Part shown: positions 1-10,496 of the stretch, piece after piece
Numbering within the stretch: the first letter of the stretch is position 1
Layout: each line of letters starts with the position of its first letter
Assembly: GCA_965195345.1 (NCBI GenBank)
Contig: OZ239628.1
Span: 192,001-256,000, forward strand
Source of the DNA: an uncultured Thiomicrospira sp.
GTDB taxonomy: Bacteria; Pseudomonadota; Gammaproteobacteria; CAKMZV01
Length of the DNA stretch: 64,000 bases
Direction of reading: 5' to 3'
Made by a program: the position numbers and the translations under genes
Notes under the pieces: generated by a model
What the model saw: only the letters and a program-made list of their open reading frames with translations
Told to the model about the DNA's origin: nothing
Databases searched by the model: none

Positions 1-1
1 T

Positions 2-1357
2 TCTGCTCACATTGTTGCTCCCCTAACTGATGATGTTAATACGATAATAAACCAACTCAACGCGTTAAGCCCAACGATTATGCCAAAACTTGGTTCGGAG
101 CCAGACAAAGCGTTTGAGCTTGTTCTCTCTATGAGTAAAGAGAATGCTGGAGCTGGCAAAATATTATGGTTTACTGACGAAGCCAGTGAAAATGACATAA
201 CTATGGCAAGCGCATTAATATCGGATTCCGACCTTCGCTTGATAATAATCCCGACCGGAACTCAAGAGGGTGCCCCCGTTCCTCTGCCTAGTGGCTTTCT
301 CACTAACCCATCTGGGGGAAATGTCATTGCTCGAGTACCCCTCAAAAATATGAAGCGCATTGCACAAAATATAGGAGCAGACTTCATCCCACTCGCCCAT
401 TTTAATGACACGCTGATGAAGCAGCTCGTAGACGAAACTGGCGCCTTTGCAAAGCCAAACGATTCTAATCAAGCCTCGTCTCAACAACCGCTTGATAGTG
501 GTTACCTTCTCGCACCCCTTTTACTGCTGCTTCTTTTACCGATGTTCCGTCGAGGTGTCTTGTTTGCCTTAATATTAACTTTCTTTATTCCTGATTCAAG
601 AGCCGATGGTTTTTGGAAACGCCCCGATCAACAAGGATATGAGGCGTTTACTAATAAAGACTTTGATAGCGCGTCCAAGACTTTTGAAAACAAAAGTTGG
701 GAGGCCTCTTCCCTCTATAGGCTTGGGAAATACGACTCGGCGGCAAAAATATGGACGAGCATGAAAGATTGGTACAATGCAGGAAATGCCTTGGCGAAGA
801 AAGGAAGTTTTCCAGAAGCAATCGAAGCATACGAAAAAGCCATTGCAGAAGATTCTGAAAACGAAGATGCAAAATTTAACCTTGAGTTACTTAAACAGGC
901 TCAGCAACAGCAAGACCAGCAACAGCAAGACCAACAGCAGCAAGACCAACAGCAGCAAGACCAACAACAACAAGACCAGCAACAGCAAGACCAGCAACAG
1001 CAAGACCAGCAACAGCAAGACCAGCAACAGCAAGACCAGCAACAGCAAGACCAGCAACAGCAAGACCAACAGCAACAAGATGAGGGTGAACAAGATGAGG
1101 ATGAGCAAGATGCAGAACAAGATGCAGAACAAGATGCTGAACAGGACCCAGAAGAAAGCGAAGAAAAAACGGCTGAAGAGCTGTTAGAAGAGAAGAAACA
1201 AGAAGCCGCACGCCAAGAAGCGGCTCAAATCTATGAGCAATGGTTGCGCAAGATTCCTAATGATCCATCGCTTCTACTTAAAAGAAAATTTTTACATCAA
1301 TATAATCAACGTCGAGGACAACTTGATGAAGGAAGCTCAAATGGAAAAGCTTGGTAA
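2..1357 (+). CDS. VWA/TPR-domain protein (BatB/BatC-like), 5'-truncated by the window
   Basis: The frame is open from base 2 (SAHIVAPLTDD...). It has a VWA remnant (LWFTD), a TM segment, TPRs (YNAGNALAK..AIEAYEKA), a Q/D-rich linker and the C-terminal EQWLRKIPNDP..LLKRKF motif. It lies upstream of batD. Confidence 0.85.
   Translation, partial: SAHIVAPLTDDVNTIINQLNALSPTIMPKLGSEPDKAFELVLSMSKENAGAGKILWFTDEASENDITMASALISDSDLRLIIIPTGTQEGAPVPLPSGFLTNPSGGNVIARVPLKNMKRIAQNIGADFIPLAHFNDTLMKQLVDETGAFAKPNDSNQASSQQPLDSGYLLAPLLLLLLLPMFRRGVLFALILTFFIPDSRADGFWKRPDQQGYEAFTNKDFDSASKTFENKSWEASSLYRLGKYDSAAKIWTSMKDWYNAGNALAKKGSFPEAIEAYEKAIAEDSENEDAKFNLELLKQAQQQQDQQQQDQQQQDQQQQDQQQQDQQQQDQQQQDQQQQDQQQQDQQQQDQQQQDQQQQDEGEQDEDEQDAEQDAEQDAEQDPEESEEKTAEELLEEKKQEAARQEAAQIYEQWLRKIPNDPSLLLKRKFLHQYNQRRGQLDEGSSNGKAW
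902..1081 (+). repeat. 15-bp coding tandem repeat, 12 copies (QQQQD)
   Basis: CAGCAACAGCAAGAC-type unit repeated 12 times, followed by a 12-bp DAEQ repeat x3. Confidence 0.95.
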
Positions 1358-1389
1358 TTTAACAACCCATTTATTTAATAAATAAAATC

Positions 1390-2994
1390 GTGAAATATTT
1401 TATAAATTTAAAAATAATTTGTCTATCACTCTGCCTGTTTATTGTCAGCCTTAATGCTATGGCAAAAATTGAAGCAAAGCTGTCTTTAGGAATCGTAAAT
1501 TTTGGAGAGTCTGTACAACTAACAATATCTGGTAGCAGTGATGGTTCGCCTGATTTAAGTGGGTTACAAAAAGATTTTGACATTGTCAATCGTAGCAAAA
1601 ACTCGAGTGTACAGCTCATAAATGGCTCTTTTTCGCGCAGCCATTCATGGATTTTCGAATTACAACCCAAACGCATAGGTAAACTTGCTATACCAGCCAT
1701 TTCTGTAGGAAATGAAAAAACGCAGCCCTTAGAAGTATTAGTCAACGAACCTTCAAAAACAAATCAGGATTTTGTATTGCTCAGTGAAGTAGATACAAGC
1801 ACTCAGTACGTTGGCGGACAGATTGTTTATTCCCTCAAACTGCTTTATAGAGCATGGTTAAACGGACAATTTCAACTGCCAAAGATGGATAGTTTCAAAC
1901 AAATAACTCTCGGAGAGAACAAGCGCTACAACACCGTTTATAACAACCAGCACTATCAAGTCGTCGAGTGGAGGTACGCATTAATACCTACAAAAAGTGG
2001 ATCGTTTGAAATTGGAGCATCGGCTTTCAATGGCAAAAGCAGAAAAAGCGGATTACGTCTAAATAGCAAGCCCATCGCCATCGAAGTATCTCCTCAACCT
2101 GCTGATTGGCCTAAAACTGTTCCTTGGTTGGCTGCTCGATCTGTAAAACTATGGGATGAATGGGAGCCCCGAACTTCGAATTGGATTGTGGGCGAGAGCA
2201 TATCAAGAACCATCTATCTCGAGGTAGAGGGTGTTATGCCTGAACAGCTTAACAATATAGACTGGCCGTTGCCGGATAATCTGAAAATTTATCCAGAAAA
2301 CGCCCAACGTAAGGCAAATAACACACAAAATAGCTTAAGAAGCGATTTAACCCAGAAGTGGGTAATAATTCCTGAAAAGCCTCAAACATTCAATGTTAAT
2401 GAACTCGAAATTGTCTGGTGGGACATCGTCAATAGCACACGTGTAACAACGAAACTTAAATCAAGGCAAATAACGGTAGAAGCCTCTGCTTCACCTTTTT
2501 TGAGCAATGAGCCAGCGGCAATTATAAATGACGTTGTCATAGCAGGTTCTACCGTGAACGTTACAACGAACGACAATGCCGCCTCTGCTTCTGATTCTTA
2601 TCACCCTGCCATGTGGTTCGCGATGGGTGCAGGATGGTTTGGTTGGCTTATGGCAGCCTTCTTATGGATGCGTAGAGAGAGAAAAGTAGTGAAGTCGAGT
2701 GAAGAAACTAATAGTCTTGATGAGGATGCTCTATACAAGGAAATCAAACTTGCTGTCCAAAACAACAACGGGCCTAAATCCTATCACTTAAGCCTGAGAT
2801 GGTTGAAGAAAAACAAAGCGATTATTGATCCTTTGAAATATACGGCATTTGAAAAATGTTTGACCGGCTTGAGCGCACAATTGATAGCAGGCGAGAGTCC
2901 TTCACTGGATGAATTACTGTCATTGGTAGAGTCAATCTCTTCTCAGAAAATGACGCCTAAAAAAGCATCTAAGATACCCGAGCTGTATAGGTAA
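1390..2994 (+). CDS. batD: BatD family (oxygen tolerance) protein
   Basis: Signal peptide, BatD repeats (SSVQLINGS, IPAISV, LKIYPE), C-terminal TM, and position after the VWA/TPR gene. Confidence 0.85.
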   Translation: MKYFINLKIICLSLCLFIVSLNAMAKIEAKLSLGIVNFGESVQLTISGSSDGSPDLSGLQKDFDIVNRSKNSSVQLINGSFSRSHSWIFELQPKRIGKLAIPAISVGNEKTQPLEVLVNEPSKTNQDFVLLSEVDTSTQYVGGQIVYSLKLLYRAWLNGQFQLPKMDSFKQITLGENKRYNTVYNNQHYQVVEWRYALIPTKSGSFEIGASAFNGKSRKSGLRLNSKPIAIEVSPQPADWPKTVPWLAARSVKLWDEWEPRTSNWIVGESISRTIYLEVEGVMPEQLNNIDWPLPDNLKIYPENAQRKANNTQNSLRSDLTQKWVIIPEKPQTFNVNELEIVWWDIVNSTRVTTKLKSRQITVEASASPFLSNEPAAIINDVVIAGSTVNVTTNDNAASASDSYHPAMWFAMGAGWFGWLMAAFLWMRRERKVVKSSEETNSLDEDALYKEIKLAVQNNNGPKSYHLSLRWLKKNKAIIDPLKYTAFEKCLTGLSAQLIAGESPSLDELLSLVESISSQKMTPKKASKIPELYR

Positions 2995-3007
2995 TAGCTG
3001 GTAACGC

Positions 3008-4585
3008 TTAACTTTTAGGTCCAGCGGCAATTACTTCAGGTGAAACTTGATTGTGGAACTTTTCAAAGTTGCTAATAAATTGATTTGCCAGTTTTCGAGC
3101 TAACTTCTGATATTCCGCCGTATCTTGCCAACTCACTTCAGGGTTCAATAGCTCTTTAGGAACACCTGGACACTCGACAATCATATCTAAGTTGAAAACA
3201 GAGTGCTTTTGTAGGCGAGCATTATCTAACCTACCTGAACGGGCTTCTAATACCATAGCGCGCGAGTATGCAAGCTTAATCCGTTTACCCACACCGTACA
3301 TTCCCCCCTGCCAACCTGTGTTGATAAGCCAAACACGCACATTGTTTGTGGCAAGTTTTTGTTTGAATAGTTCCGCATACCGCACAGGAGCTAAAGGGAG
3401 AAAAGGGCTGCCAAAACAAGCGCTAAAAGTAGCTTCAGGCTCTGTCACGCCGCGTTCAGTACCCGCCAATTTAGAGGTGTATCCAGATAAAAAGTGATAC
3501 ATCGCCGCATCTGTGGTTAAACGCGATAATGGAGGAAGTATTCCGTAAGCATCCGCTGTCAAAAAGAAAATATCTTGAGGCGCGGTTGTTTTTCCTTCAA
3601 TGCTCGCATTCTTTACAAAAGTTAAAGGATACGCAGATCGCGTATTTTCTGTCTTGCTAACGTCTGCAAAAATGGGGTTCTGATTTTCATCAAGAACAAC
3701 GTTTTCTAATATAGATCCAAATCGCACAGAAGCATCATAAATAACTGGCTCGCTTTCCTTCGCTAAGTTGTTTGTTTTCGCATAACAACCGCCTTCAAAA
3801 TTAAATACACCATGTTCATTCCAACCATGCTCATCGTCCCCTACCAAAGTATGATCCAAATCAGCAGACAGCGTTGTTTTACCCGTTCCAGATAAACCAA
3901 AAAACAAAGCACTTTTGTTTTTTTCGTCATAATTTGCTGAACAATGCATGGGCAATTGATTGCTCGCTGGCAATTCAAAATTCATTACAGCAAATAAGCT
4001 TTTCTTAATTTCTCCTGCATAGGCCGTGTTAGCAACCAAAACTAGATGCCGGGAAAAGTCCATAGCAATCATAGTATCTGTTCTGCACCCATGCTTTACT
4101 GGATCGGCAACAAACCCAGGTAAATCAAGAACAGTCCAGAATTCATCTACATTTTCCCAAGGCTCTCGGACAAATAAATTCTGTGCAAATAAATTATGCC
4201 ACGCAAGCTGGGTAATAACGCGCACTGGCTTGTGTGATAACTCATCTCTTCCCACATACAGATCTTGGATATATAAGTCCTGATTTGATGCATAATCGCA
4301 CATGTCTTGATAAAGTGTCTCAAACTTCTCTGGTTCTACAGGTTGATTAACAGGACCCCAATCCAAAAGATCTTGAGTCAATGCGTCTTTAACTACAAAT
4401 CGATCTTTGGGTGATCGACCTGTAAACTTTCCAGTATCGGCAACCAACGATCCGTTCAAAGAAAGCTGCGCTTCATTGTTTTTTATGGCATGCTCAATCA
4501 GTGTTGCTGGACCAAGATTATGACGCACGGCGTTCGGCGCAATTAAAGAAAGAATTTCTGAATTTCTGTGGGGTTTATCAGACAT
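3008..4585 (-). CDS. pckA: Phosphoenolpyruvate carboxykinase (ATP)
   Basis: TGRSPKD, FFGLSGTGKTTLS, GDDEHGW and NFEGGCYAK motifs. Confidence 0.98.
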   Translation of the reverse strand: MSDKPHRNSEILSLIAPNAVRHNLGPATLIEHAIKNNEAQLSLNGSLVADTGKFTGRSPKDRFVVKDALTQDLLDWGPVNQPVEPEKFETLYQDMCDYASNQDLYIQDLYVGRDELSHKPVRVITQLAWHNLFAQNLFVREPWENVDEFWTVLDLPGFVADPVKHGCRTDTMIAMDFSRHLVLVANTAYAGEIKKSLFAVMNFELPASNQLPMHCSANYDEKNKSALFFGLSGTGKTTLSADLDHTLVGDDEHGWNEHGVFNFEGGCYAKTNNLAKESEPVIYDASVRFGSILENVVLDENQNPIFADVSKTENTRSAYPLTFVKNASIEGKTTAPQDIFFLTADAYGILPPLSRLTTDAAMYHFLSGYTSKLAGTERGVTEPEATFSACFGSPFLPLAPVRYAELFKQKLATNNVRVWLINTGWQGGMYGVGKRIKLAYSRAMVLEARSGRLDNARLQKHSVFNLDMIVECPGVPKELLNPEVSWQDTAEYQKLARKLANQFISNFEKFHNQVSPEVIAAGPKS

Positions 4586-4789
4586 AATAATTAAAATATA
4601 GTGCGTAAGAAGATTAAGCAGCTATTATATTCTTTAGAAAGATTTAATCTACAACTTTCATATTAAATTAAGAAAGAAAAATTAAAGATAATCAATTGCT
4701 TATGCTCATGTTAAAGGCCTCATTATTTTCAATAATTAGAGCATTATCCAGAGCACTACCTTTGTAACATATTGCCCAAAAAAGACTTA

Positions 4790-5569
4790 TTACTCAAAAC
4801 TGGCAGAACAAACGGGGCAAACAGGATCTTTTCCAATGCTCACGACGCGTATCTCCCAGCATAAGGTGTCGATTAACATGAGTTTCCCTCGTAATTTAGA
4901 AGATTCTTCTAAATTAATAAGCGCCTTAATCACCTCCACTGATTGCATAGAGCCCACAACGCCCACACTCGGACCCAAAACACCATTCGCTGAACAAGTA
5001 TCTGCAGCGCTTTCATCAGAATAGAGGCACCGATAACAAGCTGATTGCTCATCACGAGAGTCAAACACACTCAATTGCCCTTCAAAACCTGCTACCGCTG
5101 CACTAACAAGAGGCGTTTTCCCTAACCAACAAGCTTGATTTACCATTTGTCTCGTCTTGAAGTTGTCGCTGCAATCAAGAACACAGTCAACACCCGCAAT
5201 CAACTGACTTAAAAAATGTGTATCTACTTCCTCTTCGACTGTTTCAATAACAAGGTCTGAATTTCCCGCCATCAGACTTTCTTTTGCCGAAATCGTTTTA
5301 TATTTGCCTATATCAGCTAATGAATGGATTGGTTGTCGATGCAAGTTAGATAACTCAACTCGATCGAAATCAAGCAACGTGAAGCGACCAACCCCGCATG
5401 CCCCCAAGTATTGCGCCGCAACAGAACCCAGCCCTCCAAGACCAACAATCAACACATGGCTATTTTTTAAGACTGTTTGCCCTGCAATGTCTATTTTAGA
5501 GAGGAATATTTGCCTGCTAAAGCGAAGCAAATCTGAGTCGGTTAAAGAATGTTTTTCAAAACGCTTCAT
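4790..5569 (-). CDS. HesA/MoeB/ThiF family adenylyltransferase
   Basis: RFSRQI, GLGGLGS, DFDRVELSNLHRQ and two CxxC Zn motifs. Confidence 0.92.
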   Translation of the reverse strand: MKRFEKHSLTDSDLLRFSRQIFLSKIDIAGQTVLKNSHVLIVGLGGLGSVAAQYLGACGVGRFTLLDFDRVELSNLHRQPIHSLADIGKYKTISAKESLMAGNSDLVIETVEEEVDTHFLSQLIAGVDCVLDCSDNFKTRQMVNQACWLGKTPLVSAAVAGFEGQLSVFDSRDEQSACYRCLYSDESAADTCSANGVLGPSVGVVGSMQSVEVIKALINLEESSKLRGKLMLIDTLCWEIRVVSIGKDPVCPVCSASFE

Positions 5570-6096
5570 TTGAAGCGAATTGTAAAATCGCCTTGTGGTC
5601 GTATGAATTGCTGTCCAAGTCCTAATAGTGCATCAATTTGAGGGTTCGGTTGCTTTGTTTTTATGTTCCCCTCTAATAACGCCCCATTGCTATTGTATTG
5701 AAGCTGTGCATCGAGTTTTATTGGGCTGCCATAGTCCTTCACTGTGACATTAATTTCTTCGGTAACATTTACATTAACAATGAAATTGCCAAAATTAATT
5801 CCTGAAACATCAACTTGACTAATGAGCACTTCGTAGCCTATCGCCATATTTTTAAGAACCTCTGGTTTCCACTCCCATTCAATATTGGCAATAGAAACCT
5901 GTACGAGAGGAAGCTCCTTCGTGCTAGATATAGAAGTTTGCCCATGCCAAACATTCCCTGTTGGAACCGTTACGCTTATGGGCTTTCCTGCTAAATATCC
6001 AACAAGAAATTGTTCATATAAGAAAGCCGCAGGCATTTGTACAACCGCAGCGATCATCAATGATATGAGAAAAAACAAGCTTAGAAATATTTTCAT
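5566..6096 (-). CDS. gspN: Type II secretion protein N-like (short)
   Basis: N-terminal TM followed by PA..L and G.VW.G motifs. Follows gspM. Confidence 0.65.
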   Translation of the reverse strand: MKIFLSLFFLISLMIAAVVQMPAAFLYEQFLVGYLAGKPISVTVPTGNVWHGQTSISSTKELPLVQVSIANIEWEWKPEVLKNMAIGYEVLISQVDVSGINFGNFIVNVNVTEEINVTVKDYGSPIKLDAQLQYNSNGALLEGNIKTKQPNPQIDALLGLGQQFIRPQGDFTIRFK

Positions 6097-6590
6097 TGCC
6101 CTGCTGGTGGTAATGTGTCAGACATAGTCAACCTTACGTCAACATATCCCGAGCGTTCCGTTGCTGTGATTACTGCATCGAGAAGCGTCACCGAATATTC
6201 AAGTTGTAAACTTACAATCCAATCATTGAAATCCAAATAAGGAATTTCTTTAAGCTGCACGACTGTATTGTCGTTGGAATCTTTAAAAATACGTTGCGTA
6301 TAGCCACTAAGAGAGCGTTCAAGTAAAGTGGTTTCAACCAAAGTGGCTAAACTTTGTTGATTCGTAAGTCCTTTTCTATCGCTTAAAAGTTCGATAGCAT
6401 TTTGATTTAACCACTGATTGAAAGAGCGCTCTTTTTGAAGTTGGTTTTGTGCTTTTGTCCTTTCAATCATCGCCGGCTCCCAAAACCATAAATAACCGAG
6501 CAAAATAACCACCAGTGGAGCGCCTCCAGCAAGAATAACCTGCTCTCTTTGTTGCAATCCTTTAAACCAACTAAAAATCTTTTCCATCAT
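6093..6590 (-). CDS. gspM: Type II secretion protein M
   Basis: W..L..RE plus TM and W.P pattern, and operon position. Confidence 0.85.
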   Translation of the reverse strand: MMEKIFSWFKGLQQREQVILAGGAPLVVILLGYLWFWEPAMIERTKAQNQLQKERSFNQWLNQNAIELLSDRKGLTNQQSLATLVETTLLERSLSGYTQRIFKDSNDNTVVQLKEIPYLDFNDWIVSLQLEYSVTLLDAVITATERSGYVDVRLTMSDTLPPAGQ

Positions 6591-6702
6591 CGTCGCACGC
6601 ACAATCTGCTTGAATAAATTACACTAATAATGGCAACCAAATGCGCATTTTCCCTTACAAAGGCAATCATATCGAGAAAAACTGCTCTGTGAAAGGAGTG
6701 TT

Positions 6703-7734
6703 TCATTTTAGCTCCTTACGTATACTCAAAGAGCTACTCACTCTATCCCCATCCTGAGACAACTCCTGAACCTTGACAGTTAGCCCCTGTGTTTTTTGGA
6801 TTGCACTATTAAATGTTTCTGCTACAGAAACACTTGGCGCACTCACCCTGAGTAGCATCGAATAATTGCTGTACTTTATTGATTCAACCTTTATTTTTGA
6901 ATTTGCCTTGAGAATAGGCACTCCAGCTTGAAGCAAAGCAATCAAGCTTGTTTCTCTTAATTTTTTCGCTTTCGAAAGCCGATCAAATTGCTGACTTGCC
7001 TGGGCTTGCGGGTTAACAATTCGGCGTATGTCAGGGAAAAGTTCCTTAAAACGTGCAGTATTAATTTTGCGTTGACTGATAACACTTTCTGCCAGTGCAT
7101 TATTCTCTATTGTTAGATCACCAATATAAAAAGCCAGACCTAAAATTGATGCTGCAAAGCTTAGCCCCCATGGTTTTAACCACCGACCAAATGATATCGT
7201 GTTACCAAATCTCCCTTGTAAAAGATTGCATTGAATTCCTTTCGTATTTGCTTTTTTCGCCAGATCACTCACAAAGCCATCGAATAAAACACAATCTTCC
7301 CGACTTAATCCTGCAAGATGAAGCACCCTATCAACCAATACTTCATCTATCGCAAAGCCGGTGTCTGCATCAAGGCGAACTAATGCGCGCCCATTCTCAA
7401 TTAATAGAGCAGGTTTTCCATCGAAAGGAAGAATAAAATAATCTGGCATAAGCACATTGACAGAAGCGTTATGCTCATCCAGATATGCAACCCAATTAGA
7501 AACTTGACTGGTAACGCAGACCCACGCTATCCATTGCTTTTGATATCGATTGACGGAAAAGTGTAAAGACTCAATGTCTTGACCAAGAAGCTCTTCTAAT
7601 GCAAAAGGCGCCAATTTTATTGCTTGAACAAGGCTTTTCACAGGCACATCAACAATATGCACACTGACGCATTCGCTTGGTACGAACCCAATTTTTCCAG
7701 CAATAATTAATTGTGAGCTATTTTTTTCAGTCAT
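6703..7734 (-). CDS. gspL: Type II secretion protein L
   Basis: PFALEELL..DIE.LHF and PD motifs. The likely start ATG at 7734 overlaps the gspK stop. Confidence 0.85.
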   Translation of the reverse strand: MTEKNSSQLIIAGKIGFVPSECVSVHIVDVPVKSLVQAIKLAPFALEELLGQDIESLHFSVNRYQKQWIAWVCVTSQVSNWVAYLDEHNASVNVLMPDYFILPFDGKPALLIENGRALVRLDADTGFAIDEVLVDRVLHLAGLSREDCVLFDGFVSDLAKKANTKGIQCNLLQGRFGNTISFGRWLKPWGLSFAASILGLAFYIGDLTIENNALAESVISQRKINTARFKELFPDIRRIVNPQAQASQQFDRLSKAKKLRETSLIALLQAGVPILKANSKIKVESIKYSNYSMLLRVSAPSVSVAETFNSAIQKTQGLTVKVQELSQDGDRVSSSLSIRKELK

Positions 7735-8725
7735 CGGCCCATGCACCAAGTATCCGTGAAACCACTCTAATTTGGTTAGCATCTTTACGTTGAATTATAG
7801 ATACTGCCCTTGTCTGGGACTCATTATAGTTGACTGTAACCGCTAAACGGAAAAATTGCGTCTGTGTATTTATCACAGTGTCTGGCAACCTGGAAGATAA
7901 ATTGGCATCATCACTAAATCCTTGCATAAATTGAACCAAAGCACTTTGACTTTTGAATGCCTCTTGTTTATTTTGTCTTAGTATCACTTCTCGAACCATA
8001 TCTGCGTTAATTGCTTCATCCAACATCATTAATGTTTTCGCGTTAGCGAAGTTTGCATTGACCGCTGTTGCCACAGGAAGAGCTGTAAGATGATTTTTCA
8101 ATCTATTGTAATAATTTGACCTCATGCCAAAAACCAAACGTAACTCTGAGACATCCACCAACTTTTGATTCGCTGCTCGATAGGGCGGATCAAGACTGGA
8201 ATACGTACTATCTTCAGCCCCATTCTGCCTTGCATTATTGTCACTATCCATCCAGTCAGCAATAGAGTCTGCAAGCGTCAGCGGTATGTCAAGAAGCTCT
8301 AAAAGGCGCACCAATCGTTCGAACTCTGCTGCAATTACCTTTCCCTCGCCATCGATAATGTTATTGATATTGTAGCGTGCCCCTTCGTCAGTTAAGCTCC
8401 CTGCAATAGATCCTCCCTCAATGGGCAGCCCAGCAACCGATGAAGTCCAATCTTCTCCTGGAAAATCTGCTGTGCTTCGGCGTGCATCTTTGTTTAAGAC
8501 TCGAATAATCCAATTCTCTACACTGTATATGTAAAGCAGCCCTTGGTCTGAGCCAACTATATTGGTTGTGCGTTTGATGCTGCTTTGATACTCAAGGGTC
8601 GTTCGCGTTGCTATAACAGCGGCTATCCCTGATATTAACAAAGTCGTAATCAATGCAATCCCCCGTTGTTTCAATTTTGACCGAGATTTTTGCACCTCTG
8701 ATTTTTTCATCTTTGTATAAATCAT
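7727..8725 (-). CDS. gspK: Type II secretion minor pseudopilin K
   Basis: QRG|IALITTL prepilin site, IADWMDSD and GAED..Y motifs. Confidence 0.93.
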   Translation of the reverse strand: MIYTKMKKSEVQKSRSKLKQRGIALITTLLISGIAAVIATRTTLEYQSSIKRTTNIVGSDQGLLYIYSVENWIIRVLNKDARRSTADFPGEDWTSSVAGLPIEGGSIAGSLTDEGARYNINNIIDGEGKVIAAEFERLVRLLELLDIPLTLADSIADWMDSDNNARQNGAEDSTYSSLDPPYRAANQKLVDVSELRLVFGMRSNYYNRLKNHLTALPVATAVNANFANAKTLMMLDEAINADMVREVILRQNKQEAFKSQSALVQFMQGFSDDANLSSRLPDTVINTQTQFFRLAVTVNYNESQTRAVSIIQRKDANQIRVVSRILGAWADD

Positions 8726-9342
8726 AGCAGCGGCTCAATAACTGGGAATAAATGCGTATATTCGTTCCCCCCCTCCAACTTAATCTTTACTTCAATAGCA
8801 AGCGGTAGGGCATCTTTTTTTTCTGTAATCGACCAAAATTTACTCCACGTATTGTCACTCTTCAAAAAACGAATATCAAAAGAGTCGACCTGATCAAGCA
8901 TAAGTGTTTTAGAAGGCACTGCCGCGAATGAACGATCCAGTGCATAATAATGCTCTCGATAAAGCTTCCTGCCTTCCAATTTATAGCCAATTCGAGAAAA
9001 GCGTGACTGACGGAATAACGCATCCTCTTCTGAAAAGAAGGGAATTGAGCTATTAATTCGAGTGAATTCGATAAAATTATTATTGTCATCGAAAGCTAAG
9101 GCAGCCGTCACCTCTCCTTCATTATTGCGAACCGTCCTTGGCACAATTTGATAAAAATCTCGAGCCATTACCAACAAAGAACGCTCTAAATCCTCTTTCC
9201 GTTGTTGCAACTCTTGTTGTACCGTCTGCTGCTTAATGATGTTGCTCAATCCCGAATATCCCATCACGGCAAGCCAAGAGAATAGCACCATTGCGACAAG
9301 AAGTTCGATTAAAGTAAATCCGCGCGACTCTTCCTTTCTCAT
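8722..9342 (-). CDS. gspJ: Type II secretion minor pseudopilin J
   Basis: G|FTLIELLVA prepilin motif and LPLAIEV C-terminus. Confidence 0.92.
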   Translation of the reverse strand: MRKEESRGFTLIELLVAMVLFSWLAVMGYSGLSNIIKQQTVQQELQQRKEDLERSLLVMARDFYQIVPRTVRNNEGEVTAALAFDDNNNFIEFTRINSSIPFFSEEDALFRQSRFSRIGYKLEGRKLYREHYYALDRSFAAVPSKTLMLDQVDSFDIRFLKSDNTWSKFWSITEKKDALPLAIEVKIKLEGGNEYTHLFPVIEPLL

Positions 9343-9710
9343 AATGGTCTACTTTGAAATATCGTCACCTTCGCATCTGAATCACTGTTCCCTGGAGCGA
9401 ACACTTCAATCACGATTTTTCGCACGTGTTCATCAGGTGTATTTGTTGTGGTCGCCTTCCAATTCCATTGTGCTTCAGCAACTTTAATAGTATCTTCGTG
9501 TACACCCGTCGATGGCCATCTTTTAGTCACCTTATATTGCCCTGCGACATGCATCGCTACTCGATGGGCATGAAAACGTTCATGCGAGCGAGTAAGCTGA
9601 AAAGAATGCTGATTAACACTTGCAAGGACAGCTCCAAGAGAGACAGCCAACAAGACTAAAGCAATCATGACTTCTATTAATGTAAAACCTGATTGACGTT
9701 TTTGCTTCAT
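9339..9710 (-). CDS. gspI: Type II secretion minor pseudopilin I
   Basis: G|FTLIEVMIAL, about 120 aa, between H and J. Start placed at ATG 9710, next to the gspH stop. Confidence 0.9.
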   Translation of the reverse strand: MKQKRQSGFTLIEVMIALVLLAVSLGAVLASVNQHSFQLTRSHERFHAHRVAMHVAGQYKVTKRWPSTGVHEDTIKVAEAQWNWKATTTNTPDEHVRKIVIEVFAPGNSDSDAKVTIFQSRPL

Positions 9711-9711
9711 T

Positions 9712-10233
9712 TCAAAAGTTTGATCGGAACTCTTCAAGTTTTGTGCGTCCGAGAATATCTGTTTTTAATTCAAACAACACACTTGCACTTATCTCTGGGT
9801 CATTTCGAGATACCTCTAAAATAAACTCTGTTGCTTCTGCTGTTGGTTGAAAAACAACTTGTGGGAAAAAAGAATCGCTCTCTCCAAAAATAGGAAGTCG
9901 CACGTCAACATTATTGACAACTAATCGTCCATTGCTTAAATCAATAAGCTGTTCTCCTTCTCCTGATTTTTTCCATGATCTACCTTGAATTTGCAAAAAC
10001 ATATAGCGATCATCAAAAAATAATATTCCTTTAGGGGTTCCACTAAGCATAGCCGTTTCTTGTGCATGCGTCATTTCATCTTGTAGCTTTTGTAAAGCCT
10101 CTCTGGTTTCTTTAAAAGGCAGCGGCGTGTAAGAAATCACAGCCCCCCCTGCAATAATCCCTATTATTAGAAACATCACAACCAGTTCAATGAGAGTAAA
10201 TCCTGTCTGTCGTATCTGCATCAACGGTTTCAT
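9712..10233 (-). CDS. gspH: Type II secretion minor pseudopilin H
   Basis: G|FTLIELVV prepilin motif and PQVVF.P..E.T.F C-terminal pattern. Confidence 0.85.
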   Translation of the reverse strand: MKPLMQIRQTGFTLIELVVMFLIIGIIAGGAVISYTPLPFKETREALQKLQDEMTHAQETAMLSGTPKGILFFDDRYMFLQIQGRSWKKSGEGEQLIDLSNGRLVVNNVDVRLPIFGESDSFFPQVVFQPTAEATEFILEVSRNDPEISASVLFELKTDILGRTKLEEFRSNF

Positions 10234-10496
10234 TTGAAAACCCACTTTAAATTACTGCCTAATATCGTTGTCATTCACTTTAAAATTTGTTGGATATAAA
10301 GCATTACACGTAAAAATCTTAAAATTAACGCATCAAGTCCAGCTTTTCATAGCATTCCTTGCACATCCAACATGGGCGCAATTATCCCTTACATCTCTAG
10401 TATTAGAATACAATATTCAATGTTTAAAGGAACGCAGTGCTTAAACATTTTTTTAAAAAGTGTTTAAAGGTTTTTAAAAAAACGCAGGAGGCAAAT

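Noticed and set aside
777-1211. ORFs 777-1187, 887-1132 and 891-1211 (SKTSN, poly-LV and GLAVA repeats)
   Set aside because: They are alternative-frame or antisense readings of the QQQQD repeat.
10421-10490. TGTTTAAAGG direct repeat and short inverted repeats upstream of ybaB
   Set aside because: Low-complexity AT-rich sequence that cannot be assigned to a regulator.
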